A stretch of 64,000 nucleotides of DNA from assembly GCA_039185935.1 (NCBI GenBank), contig JBCDAJ010000012.1, forward strand, positions 2,023 through 66,022, read 5' to 3'. Both the position numbers and the translations under genes were made by a program. Shown here piece by piece: positions 1 to 8,800 of this stretch (position 1 is its first letter; each line of letters starts with the position of its first letter). The notes below the pieces were generated by a model, which ran no database searches, had not been told where the DNA came from, and saw only the letters and a list, made by a program, of their open reading frames with translations. The stretch is from Cyanobacteria bacterium P01_F01_bin.56 (GTDB lineage Bacteria > Cyanobacteriota > Cyanobacteriia > Phormidesmidales > Phormidesmidaceae).

Positions 1-1
1 T

Positions 2-112
2 CGCATCCTCAAAGTGGCCCGCACGATCGCCGATCTCGATAACTCCGACACCCTACAAGCCCAACACGTCGCCGAAGCCATTCAATACCGCACTATCGAT
101 CGCATGCAGTGA
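2..112 (+). CDS. 3' end of YifB/ComM-family Mg-chelatase-like ATPase (partial)
   Basis: Manual translation [36 protein letters not shown] matches the typical C-terminal motif of this family. Confidence 0.85.
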   Translation, partial: RILKVARTIADLDNSDTLQAQHVAEAIQYRTIDRMQ

Positions 113-114
113 AC

Positions 115-149
115 GAATTCGGAATGCGGAGTGCGGAATTCGGAAAATA
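115..149 (+). repeat. Degenerate heptamer tandem repeat (GAATTCG/GAATGCG/GAGTGCG), STRR-like
   Basis: Five 7-bp units directly after the stop codon. Confidence 0.6.
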
Positions 150-168
150 GGAACTGGACGCCGCTGAG

Positions 169-402
169 TCATTCTTCGATCACGAGTCCTCGACCGACGA
201 CGTATTTTTTTAGCGGTTTGCCTTGCTCTAATTCCCCTTCTGCCCACTCATAATGCTCATGCTGGTCTAGGTTAGACAAGTCTGAGTTCAGCCAAGCCAA
301 ATCTTCTTGAGCAGGCTGGACCTTCGAAAGGTTTGGCTTCTGACGCTGGGCCTCCTGCTGCCAAATCAAAAAAATTACAAAGTCATCAACACGACTTGGC
401 AA
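169..402 (-). CDS. Small hypothetical protein, possibly a 5'-truncated antitoxin-like gene
   Basis: 77-aa ORF with a weak TTG start; VDDFVIFL weakly resembles DUF2281-type antitoxins. Confidence 0.3.
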   Translation of the reverse strand: MPSRVDDFVIFLIWQQEAQRQKPNLSKVQPAQEDLAWLNSDLSNLDQHEHYEWAEGELEQGKPLKKYVVGRGLVIEE

Positions 403-550
403 GTTACGAGCAGAGAAAAATAGAAGCCCAGATTTATAAGGGTTTTACGCTTCGACTGTTTATGGAATTCCAGGCTGTTGGCAACGTGATTGCATTATTT
501 CAAATATTCTTTTTTCAGAACATACCAAGTCGTGTATAAAAACACACTGT

Positions 551-632
551 CGAAAACGCGAAAACGCTAGATTCCTTATGATTTAAACGTTTTAGCCGTT
601 TTCGGCATAGGGTCATGAATAATCCAGGCTAA
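551..632. repeat. Imperfect palindromic intergenic element, possible MITE end
   Basis: CGAAAACG..AAAACG pairs with CGTTTT..CGTTTTCG, followed by GGGTCATGAATAATCCAGGCTA. Confidence 0.3.
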
Positions 633-696
633 GTTGAAAACTGGAGTTCTAGTTGGTTGTCAAAACCTTTCCTCTCGAAACCAGACTGCCATTAAG

Positions 697-735
697 CCTC
701 TCCTTGGAAAGGCGAGGTGCCGCAGGCGGTGAGGT
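697..735. repeat. REP-like small dispersed repeat (CCTCTCCTT..AAGGCGAGG + CCGCAGGCGG hairpins)
   Basis: Double hairpin resembling common cyanobacterial intergenic repeats. Confidence 0.4.
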
Positions 736-1101
736 CGAACAATCGTCAAAGCTCCACTTCTGAACCTGGACGAGGTTTAACGTCGCATCAAAATTGAAGA
801 CTGATTAAGATAGCGATCGCCTCTATTTTTCAGTTTTTCCTGTTGCATATAGCGGCATGCAGGCTAATCAAGCACAGGGGGATTCCACACACAAAGGCAT
901 CGAAGCTTGAGAGTGTACTTAACCAAAGTGAACACCGCTATACACCTGGTTTTTCCGTGATGCGCACTGGCAGCACTGAAGCTTTATTGCAACTAGGGCT
1001 TGTCAGCAACGCCAGACGCATATCTTAAAAATATCGTCGGCCTACGTGCAGAGTCAGGCGCTAAGCCCACACCTGGATCATTGAGCTTTGGAGAACCGCT
1101 T

Positions 1102-2082
1102 ATGGTGACTGTTTATTTTGCAACTAATCGGAATCTCATTAGCAGCCCTGATGGCATTGACTTTGGCGATAGGTTTTCTGCAGCGGATTTGGGTGATCTC
1201 CGCTTTGGCCAAGCCGAGGTCAGTGACGGAACGCTTAACACCAGAGGAATTCAGCTACTACCGGACAATGTGGCAGAAGGATCGACAGCGCTCTTTAAAG
1301 AAATCCGCCAGGATATGAAAGCGCGATCGCGAGACTCCATTATTTTGATTCACGGTTTCAACGTGACCTTTAAAGATGCTGTGGAGTCTGCCGCCACCCT
1401 GAAAAAACGGTTAGAGCAACTGTCTAATCAGCAATATCAGCCCAATATCTTTGTTTTTTCGTGGCCTTCTAATGGCAAGTTATTTGAGTACAAGGACGAT
1501 CGCCATGATGCCCAAGCCTCGGGGTATGCATTTGCCCGTGGGTTAGAAAAGCTCACGCGGTTTTTGCGCGATGCGAGTGAGGGTGAGCCCTGTCAGCAAC
1601 GGGTCAACTTAATTGCTCACAGTATGGGCAATTATGTCCTCCGACATGCTTTGCAAGAAACGCAAAAAATTAGCGGCACGCGCACGCTACCTCGGCTCTT
1701 TGACAACCTCATCTTGACGGCGGCGGATGAAGACAATGACGCGTTTGAGCATGAATATAAGCTGGCGAGACTGCCAGAGATCGGCAAACAAATCACTGTT
1801 TATTTCAATACTGAAGATCAAGCGCTGATGGTTAGCGATATCACTAAAGGCAACCCCGATCGCTTGGGTCAAGGTGGCCCTCGGCTGCCGCGCCAACTGC
1901 CTTACAAAGTTGTTTTGGTCGATGTGAGTGATCTGGTCTCAACATTAAAAGAGCACTCCTATCATGTGACCAACGACCACGTAGTCAAAGATGCGATCGC
2001 GGTTTTACAAGGACAAAGTCCTGATGCTTTTGCCGCCCGGCGATATATTGAACACGCTAACAAGTTCCAGCTCGGGCGGTAG
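1102..2082 (+). CDS. Alpha/beta hydrolase, DUF900 family
   Basis: VYFATNR, LIHGFN, FSWPS and AHSMG nucleophile motifs; ATG at 1102 with upstream GGAG preferred over TTG at 1000. Confidence 0.8.
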   Translation: MVTVYFATNRNLISSPDGIDFGDRFSAADLGDLRFGQAEVSDGTLNTRGIQLLPDNVAEGSTALFKEIRQDMKARSRDSIILIHGFNVTFKDAVESAATLKKRLEQLSNQQYQPNIFVFSWPSNGKLFEYKDDRHDAQASGYAFARGLEKLTRFLRDASEGEPCQQRVNLIAHSMGNYVLRHALQETQKISGTRTLPRLFDNLILTAADEDNDAFEHEYKLARLPEIGKQITVYFNTEDQALMVSDITKGNPDRLGQGGPRLPRQLPYKVVLVDVSDLVSTLKEHSYHVTNDHVVKDAIAVLQGQSPDAFAARRYIEHANKFQLGR

Positions 2083-2116
2083 CTGCCGACTACTAGATGC
2101 AGGGGCGGAGACAGCG

Positions 2117-2419
2117 ATGAGCTTTGATTTATACTGTGGCAACCGGCAGGCGGCGATCGCCCCGTTTGAAGAATTTATCTTCAGCTTTATTGCGGGGGAT
2201 GCGCGGTTTCCCCACCTGAATGAACTCTGGCAAAACTATTATGCCGACCCGCAAATCGCACCAGACGTTGCGAACGAATTGGTGCATGAATTGCTGCTGC
2301 TCAAGGTCACGCTAGAGCCACAAACCTGGGCCAAAATCCAATTGGTGGGCGATCGGTTGCTGTTATTTTTTAGTGCCGCGTATCGCGATCGGCAGGTTAT
2401 TCAATGTTCCAGCGATTAG
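2117..2419 (+). CDS. Hypothetical protein (100 aa)
   Basis: ATG preceded by GGAG, 34 bp after the hydrolase stop; protein-like composition. Confidence 0.6.
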   Translation: MSFDLYCGNRQAAIAPFEEFIFSFIAGDARFPHLNELWQNYYADPQIAPDVANELVHELLLLKVTLEPQTWAKIQLVGDRLLLFFSAAYRDRQVIQCSSD

Positions 2420-2462
2420 CCCATGGACTCTGGCTACCACCAAGGATAAAAGCAGGAAGCTG

Positions 2463-5400
2463 CTAGGCCACGTCAGCCGTGCCTTCAGCGGCGGCTAAGG
2501 CCTCGGCTCGGGCTTGGGCTTCAGCTTCGGCCAGCTCCACCAAGAACTGAAGTGCTTTGGAGGTATAAATGGCGCAGTCTTTAGGCGATCGCCCATAAAA
2601 TGCCGACCACGCCGCGCCTTTTTGGGCATCATACTGCCCCCCGCGCTCGGGGTGGTCTTCTACCCAGGCAATGCGCACGGCGTGCCCCGTCAACACATCC
2701 AAGGCAATGTAGTCGTCAAACTGTAAATCAGGGTTCCCCTTAAAGATGGCGGCCAACTCTCGGAGCACCTCAATCGTCAGGTGACGATATTCAGGCGCAT
2801 GAATTTTGGTCAGCAGGTGATCAATGCGACGGGCGAAGTTGGCTTCCCCTGGGGTCATTTCAGAAATGACCGACTCACTATCGATACGGTTGCGGCGATC
2901 GAGCTTATCGCCAATAATCACCCCCCGACAGTGGTGCAGCAGCTCCCAAACTTTGAGGTAAAACTCCTCGGGTAATCGGGTCAGTTCGCCGTCAATTTGG
3001 CGTTTGCGCCACCAGTCATCAACTTGCAAATCACTCACTTCGACCTGCTCGGGCAGCACACTCCAGGTGACGGGTGAGGAGGTTTTGATATGCAGGGATT
3101 CTTGTTGGAACAGGTTGCGATTGATGCCGCCATAGCCCGCGAGTACCTGCCGTAACAGCATTTTGACTTCGTAGGGGCTAAGGGCGGTGAGGCGATCGTA
3201 GGCTTCATCCCGAGGAATGTGATGCTCGCGCGCCATTTCGCTGGTAAGCAACAGAATCAGATACCCCACCCGCAGCGTGAGTAAACCGTCAAACAGTTCC
3301 CGTTCGGATTTGATCAGCACGCTGAGGTAAACGATGATTTCTTGCGTGAGGGCGCGATCGCGCTCATCTTCCCCACAAAATTCGATGATTTTTTCCATAA
3401 TTTCGGAATGGGGCATGGGGTCGTGAATCAACGACCCATCAGAGTACGATTTGCCCACCGTGACGTACTTCTGACGCACTAACAACTCGGTCATGGCATC
3501 TGACAAATTCACGTCCATTTTGTGCAGCAGACCGGCGGTGCGACGCACGATGAGCCAGATTTCTTGCCGCCCTGCTTGGACGTACACTTCTTCCAGTAGG
3601 TCACCCACCGTGATGGGGCTGTCTTGGCCGATGCCGGTATCAAAGTCCAGTCCCTCTAGCGATTGCAGGCGAGCGAGCAATTCCACCTGTTCGTAGAGGT
3701 TGGTCGATCGCTGGAGATTCTCAATGAGGTGACCCGTATCCGTTGCTCGTTCCAGTTGGAAGAGATGCCACACATCTAGCGGCACCGCATCTTCTGGCAC
3801 CATGGGCAAATAAGCCGCCTGCCGCGCGATCGACTGTAGCGTTGGTTGATGGAAGGCATAAACTCCGATGTCATCAATGCGCTCGCTGCCAGCCATCAGC
3901 AGTAGCTGATTTAAGGGACCCAATACCACCGGCACGCCGCCGCACTGTCCCGTCTTCAGTTCTTGAATGATTTTTAACAACGGCGACTCGTGAATGGGAC
4001 GGTGTCCCAGCTCAAACATGCTGTGCGTGAGCAATAAAGTGATGGTCGGTCGACCGATCGCTTGCCAGTGATAACGGATGTAAGCCAACTCACTGCGAAT
4101 TTGAGCAACCAGAAAGTGATAGTCAAGCGTGATGTAAAACTTTTGGGGATCTAAAAAGGACGGCAAAAAGACCGCTGTTTCTCCCTGAATGTGAAAGACT
4201 TGTGCTGTGGTCAGGCCCCGTAACCGTCGAATTGGTCGCCCTGTCAGCCCCAATTTATGGTTCATGCCAATTTGGGCATAGACTGCCGACAGTTCCCCAG
4301 AAGGATAAATGCTGGTCGGCGCAACTTGTTCAGGGATTTCTGTTTCGATGCCGTAATCCGCTAGCTTTTCTTGCAGGGCAGCATTTTCCGCAATCAGGGC
4401 AATCTGAACAATTGACTGCCGCTTGTACCCCACCCGGGCATGTCGACCTAGCGGATCGATATCGCCCAAGGTGATCAGCTGATCTTCTAGCAATTGCCCT
4501 AATAGAAAGAGGCTCTGCGCCCAGATGAGTGGCACATTTTCGTTCGGCTGGCGGGGCTGGCTACCCGGATTTTCTCGTTCAGCGGCGATCGCGGCCTCGG
4601 GCACGTAGTAAAGCTCTGGCAGCAATTTCAAGCCCTGTTTAGGCACGGCGATCGCCTCCAGCCGTTGCCGATAAAAGCGGACTGCCTTTGCATCCTGCCG
4701 AAACAGCCCATCTAAATAGAGGTAGGTAAAAAACAGCGGCCACTCACATTCAATATGTTCAAACTGCTGCAGTTCCGCTGCTTCATAATGCAGCCGCGTG
4801 GTGTCTTCGATGACCGTCTGATGACCATCTCGTAAAAAGCGTTTGCAGCCGTAGCGCCCCTGCAGCTTGTCAATAATTTTGGCGCGGGTGCGCGCAACCA
4901 AATCAGCATCTTCAATCGCAAATGCGGGATAGCCGATGATGCTGAGCACCGCTGCATCGACTTCTTTGGAGCCAGATTCCCGAGGCAGTAGCGATTCCAG
5001 TGTGAGCCGCGCCCGCGACACTTCATCAGGCAAAACGTGGATCACTGAGGCTTGCCCGCCCTGAATGCCAAATAGGTTCAACCCATCCATGGCCTCCAGG
5101 GCGGCTTTGGCCATACCGACCGAGCTGGCATTGAGTTCCGGCTTGCCATGGTTAAGCTTATTGCCACGCTCCCAAATGCCATAGTCAGGGGTGCGATAGG
5201 CCCGCGCCACGTAATAGACCAGATTTTGGATAAAGTTCACCTCATCTAAGGTGAACACAATTTGCAAACCGGAGGCCGTCATCTGCGCCAGCATCAGCAA
5301 GAAAACGGATGTGGCATCGATTTGCAAATGTCCCCATTCATCGTCGCCGACCACAGTGCTGCCGGTTGCCGTGTCGTACTTGGCGTGCAGAGCCGCTAAC

Positions 5401-5744
5401 GGTTCTTGAGCGTCTTTAAACTGCTCAACTTTGTCAGCTTGCTGCATCATGGCAAACAGCAACCCGCGCATGAGCTTAATCACGCTTTGCTGCAGTTCGT
5501 AGGTACGGCCTTGATTTTCGTCAATTTTGCGATAGGCCAGCGCCAACCCCCACACGGCCAAAATGCTATAAACGTTGTCACGCACCCAGGCGTCGGTATA
5601 GTCCCCATGGGTTGTCACCGCAGTGCTGGCAGGCAGCAATCCACTAACCGGATGCTGGCGTGCCAGGATTAGCGTCTTGACTTGACTGTAGTAAGCGTTG
5701 AGGTGCTCAGCCAGGGAGGCAAAGGCAGGTATCGCTGGGCCCAT
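2463..5744 (-). CDS. Glycoside hydrolase family 15-like / phosphorylase kinase alpha-beta homolog
   Basis: 1093 aa; motifs WVRDNVYS, WGHLQIDATS, PDYGIWERG, ASSVGMAKAALEA, LLPRESxSKEVDAA. Confidence 0.85.
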   Translation of the reverse strand: MGPAIPAFASLAEHLNAYYSQVKTLILARQHPVSGLLPASTAVTTHGDYTDAWVRDNVYSILAVWGLALAYRKIDENQGRTYELQQSVIKLMRGLLFAMMQQADKVEQFKDAQEPLAALHAKYDTATGSTVVGDDEWGHLQIDATSVFLLMLAQMTASGLQIVFTLDEVNFIQNLVYYVARAYRTPDYGIWERGNKLNHGKPELNASSVGMAKAALEAMDGLNLFGIQGGQASVIHVLPDEVSRARLTLESLLPRESGSKEVDAAVLSIIGYPAFAIEDADLVARTRAKIIDKLQGRYGCKRFLRDGHQTVIEDTTRLHYEAAELQQFEHIECEWPLFFTYLYLDGLFRQDAKAVRFYRQRLEAIAVPKQGLKLLPELYYVPEAAIAAERENPGSQPRQPNENVPLIWAQSLFLLGQLLEDQLITLGDIDPLGRHARVGYKRQSIVQIALIAENAALQEKLADYGIETEIPEQVAPTSIYPSGELSAVYAQIGMNHKLGLTGRPIRRLRGLTTAQVFHIQGETAVFLPSFLDPQKFYITLDYHFLVAQIRSELAYIRYHWQAIGRPTITLLLTHSMFELGHRPIHESPLLKIIQELKTGQCGGVPVVLGPLNQLLLMAGSERIDDIGVYAFHQPTLQSIARQAAYLPMVPEDAVPLDVWHLFQLERATDTGHLIENLQRSTNLYEQVELLARLQSLEGLDFDTGIGQDSPITVGDLLEEVYVQAGRQEIWLIVRRTAGLLHKMDVNLSDAMTELLVRQKYVTVGKSYSDGSLIHDPMPHSEIMEKIIEFCGEDERDRALTQEIIVYLSVLIKSERELFDGLLTLRVGYLILLLTSEMAREHHIPRDEAYDRLTALSPYEVKMLLRQVLAGYGGINRNLFQQESLHIKTSSPVTWSVLPEQVEVSDLQVDDWWRKRQIDGELTRLPEEFYLKVWELLHHCRGVIIGDKLDRRNRIDSESVISEMTPGEANFARRIDHLLTKIHAPEYRHLTIEVLRELAAIFKGNPDLQFDDYIALDVLTGHAVRIAWVEDHPERGGQYDAQKGAAWSAFYGRSPKDCAIYTSKALQFLVELAEAEAQARAEALAAAEGTADVA

Positions 5745-5918
5745 AGATACAATGTCCTGCTCAAAATTTAAGCGATCGCTAACTTAGCCTACTGGATGGT
5801 GAGGTGGATCAGCCAGTAAACCGCTTACATCAATGCCTTGTGGCGAAATTTACGCTACGCCGCACGGGCTAATGTTCTCCGTGGGCGAGCTTGTGAAACC
5901 CCATGGGCCCCTGAACGA

Positions 5919-7130
5919 CTAAGAAGATTGGGCGGGCGCTAGCTCTCTTAGGCTCAGCGAAAACCAGGCCACCCCCAATGTCAGTACACCTGTAATCCAA
6001 AAGGGAAGGCCATAGCCAAAGCTGACTAATATGCCGGCGATCGCAGGTCCCATCGCATTTGACAAGCTGAGAAATGATGCGTTCGTTCCCAAAATCTCTC
6101 CTTGTTCTTGCGGTCCACTGCGTAGTGACAAAATCGATTCCAATAACGGTAGCGGAAATGAATTGACGGCAGCAAATATCACCGTAATCAAGATAAATAC
6201 CGGAATCGTGGGAAAAGTCGGAATTAGCAGAAAACACACTCCCCGCGCGGCTAGCATAAACGCCAAAATGCTCACAATATTAAACCGTTGTCGTAGCGGT
6301 TCCAGGCCAAAGACCTGGGTCATGAAGCCAATGATGCCGAAGACGGCAAAGATCAATGCTAGTCGGCCAGCGGTTTGGTCGAGCACATTGAGGAAAAAGG
6401 GCTGAAACGCAAAGGTAAAGATAGTGAAGGTAAAGCCGCTGAGAAACGTTACCAGAAACGTACGGCCAAAACGAGGATTTTGAATTGATCGCAAAATTCT
6501 CCCAATCTGGAAATCTGACCAGCTCAACTCCAATGTTTCGCAGACCTGGTGGGTTTCTGGCAGGCAAACGGCACAGAGAATCGTGGCGATGAGAGCGATC
6601 GCAGCGGACACGATAAAGCTCATCCCTAACGACGAAATACCCGGTAACGGTGGCACAATTTGGGCGAGATAGCTCAACGGTGGCCCGGCGACAAAGCCCA
6701 GACGAAATGTGGCCCCAAATATCCCGAAGGCCTGGGTGCGCTGAGCAGGATTGGTGATGTCGCTGATAATCGCTTGGGCGATCGAATTGTTGCCACCGGT
6801 GACCCCATCCAACATCCTGGCTAGAAACAAAAACCAAGCAACGGGGGCTAGACTGGCCATGATATTCGCGATGACGGTGCCTAGCAAGCTCAAAATTAGT
6901 AGTGGTTTACGCCCCAGCCGATCAGATAGGCGTCCTAAAATCGGCGTCCCGATAAACTGCGAAGCCGCATAAGCGGTTGTCAGCAAGCTCGCCTGAAAGT
7001 CACTCAAGCCAAACTGCTTCGCATAGGGATACAGCACCGGAATGATGATGGTGAAACTGACCGCATTGATAAACGCGACCAGCGTAATAATCCAAAAGCG
7101 CCACGGTAATCGGTTTGAGCGATCGCTCAT
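5919..7130 (-). CDS. MFS transporter, TetA/DHA1-like efflux
   Basis: GRLSDRLGRKP motif A; about 12 hydrophobic segments. Confidence 0.9.
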   Translation of the reverse strand: MSDRSNRLPWRFWIITLVAFINAVSFTIIIPVLYPYAKQFGLSDFQASLLTTAYAASQFIGTPILGRLSDRLGRKPLLILSLLGTVIANIMASLAPVAWFLFLARMLDGVTGGNNSIAQAIISDITNPAQRTQAFGIFGATFRLGFVAGPPLSYLAQIVPPLPGISSLGMSFIVSAAIALIATILCAVCLPETHQVCETLELSWSDFQIGRILRSIQNPRFGRTFLVTFLSGFTFTIFTFAFQPFFLNVLDQTAGRLALIFAVFGIIGFMTQVFGLEPLRQRFNIVSILAFMLAARGVCFLLIPTFPTIPVFILITVIFAAVNSFPLPLLESILSLRSGPQEQGEILGTNASFLSLSNAMGPAIAGILVSFGYGLPFWITGVLTLGVAWFSLSLRELAPAQSS

Positions 7131-7326
7131 AGTTTCTCTTCAACAACGCCCGTTCCATCATGACGGAAGCTGGCAATGGGTGGACACTCGCGCTCACCAT
7201 TATCAGCGATCTCCTATCAGCAAAGCGATCTCCTCCTCAATCCCTAAGCCTAGCCAACATCACATTGAGAATTCGTGAGCAACAACGATCCTGTCAACTA
7301 TTAACAAAAATGACGGTATTGCAACG

Positions 7327-7923
7327 CTATTCATCCCTCCAGGCATATGCCTCGCGATAGTACCGCTGATAGTTGTCAGTCATCCAATCTTGAAAACTGG
7401 GCCATCGATCAGCTCCACACCAGCTCCCTAGCCGCCAGAACTCCCATTCTCCCTCTGAGGTGACAACTTCAGGGCAGAGCAGAGCAATACACGCGTCGCC
7501 CGTTGCACTGATTACCAAGCATTTTTCCAAATATCGACCTTTGTATCGTGATCCACCTTTGGCCTGATTTTTCAAGTGCTCCTCATAAGAGATATCATCG
7601 CCCCCATATATCTCAATCCACTCAGGGGCATATGAGCTTAACCACTCTATTTTTTTAGTTGACAGTAGCTTACCAACCTGTGCACCGGCACCCGCTTCTG
7701 GCCACTCAAACCCATTACTAACTCGAAGAAAAGCTTTATATGAGGGCGGCAATTGGACTCCTAATCGATCTTCTGCGGCTGCAATCTCTTCTACGATTGC
7801 CCCTGGTCGAAGGTAACTGATGTCAAGAACATCTTCACCTTGCTCAAGTTGTTCAAGTTTATACAGCTCAAAAAGTACCGAATTGAACTCGTGCAGAAAC
7901 TTTGTCCAATCAAACTTTTCCAT
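7327..7923 (-). CDS. SMI1/KNR4 (SUKH) family protein
   Basis: PGAIVEEIAAAEDRLGVQLPPSYKAFLRVSNG signature; start reassigned to ATG 7923, downstream of higA. Confidence 0.8.
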   Translation of the reverse strand: MEKFDWTKFLHEFNSVLFELYKLEQLEQGEDVLDISYLRPGAIVEEIAAAEDRLGVQLPPSYKAFLRVSNGFEWPEAGAGAQVGKLLSTKKIEWLSSYAPEWIEIYGGDDISYEEHLKNQAKGGSRYKGRYLEKCLVISATGDACIALLCPEVVTSEGEWEFWRLGSWCGADRWPSFQDWMTDNYQRYYREAYAWRDE

Positions 7924-7978
7924 TTGAGAAACGGCTACCAGCAACTGGTTCAAATATACCAGTTGACTTAAAGGTAAG

Positions 7979-8380
7979 CTAATCGATAAATAAGCTAGGT
8001 GAGACTTTGAAGCGATCGCCCAGAATTTGCGCTTGGACTTTAGTAATAGCCTGCTTTCCCTCAAGAACCTCTGAGACGACATCGCTAGAGCCAAGCAACC
8101 CTACTAGATCAGCAGCAGTAAAATCACTCGCTTCTAAAATATGAGTTAGAACCTCTGTTGGTGAAACCTCTTTCATGGAGTAGTTTTCTGCTTCGTAAGC
8201 TTCTGCTAGCAAGACAAGTAACTTATAAAGTGCTGTTTCTTCAGTCGTTCGATTTTGATTAAACGCCAAGGCTTCTACTTCGACCAACACTTTTTCGTAC
8301 TCTGCTTCAGTTTCAATGACCTTCGGCGTCATTTCCATAAGTAAGTCAGCGTAGGTAGCTTGATCAAAAGTAAGGGTCAT
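7979..8380 (-). CDS. higA: HigA antitoxin (HTH)
   Basis: PKVIETEAEYEK, LLVLLAEAYE and a C-terminal HTH ending RFKVSPSLF; overlaps the toxin stop. Confidence 0.85.
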   Translation of the reverse strand: MTLTFDQATYADLLMEMTPKVIETEAEYEKVLVEVEALAFNQNRTTEETALYKLLVLLAEAYEAENYSMKEVSPTEVLTHILEASDFTAADLVGLLGSSDVVSEVLEGKQAITKVQAQILGDRFKVSPSLFID

Positions 8381-8663
8381 TTTTCCACTTATCCTTGTCG
8401 TATTCAGCGTGAGTCAGAAAATACTTATAGAAAATAGTCTGGCTTTCGTAATCAATCCCCACAATGAGGCGATACTTGTTGCCCTTGATGTTGAAGACGG
8501 TGAAGTTGCCAACGGCTTCCGCATCTCGGTAAATCGCCTTGACTTCTTCCAGATTTTTCCAACGCGCCTTACGGGCTACGGTATACCAAGCTGCAATCGC
8601 TTGCGTTGAGTCAACATGACTAGCCGCATCATCCCGCAGTTTACGGATGGATATTACATGCAT
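8364..8663 (-). CDS. higB: HigB mRNA interferase toxin (RelE superfamily)
   Basis: MHVISIRKLR..FTVFNIKGNKYRLIVGIDY..FLTHAEYDK. Confidence 0.9.
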   Translation of the reverse strand: MHVISIRKLRDDAASHVDSTQAIAAWYTVARKARWKNLEEVKAIYRDAEAVGNFTVFNIKGNKYRLIVGIDYESQTIFYKYFLTHAEYDKDKWKNDPYF

Positions 8664-8736
8664 GAATATTGCCTAAGAGTAGGCTTGTGGACATTCTAAC
8701 TTTGTCAGAAGTTTGTCAAAGTGCAACTGCACATAT

Positions 8737-8779
8737 AAAACAAAACTCCTCAGCGCAAAGCACTGAGGAGTTTTGTTTT
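8737..8779 (-). terminator. Intrinsic terminator of psaAB
   Basis: 17-bp perfect inverted repeat AAAACAAAACTCCTCAG/CTGAGGAGTTTTGTTTT just downstream of psaB. Confidence 0.85.
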
Positions 8780-8800
8780 ACCTATCTAACTGCTAGACCG

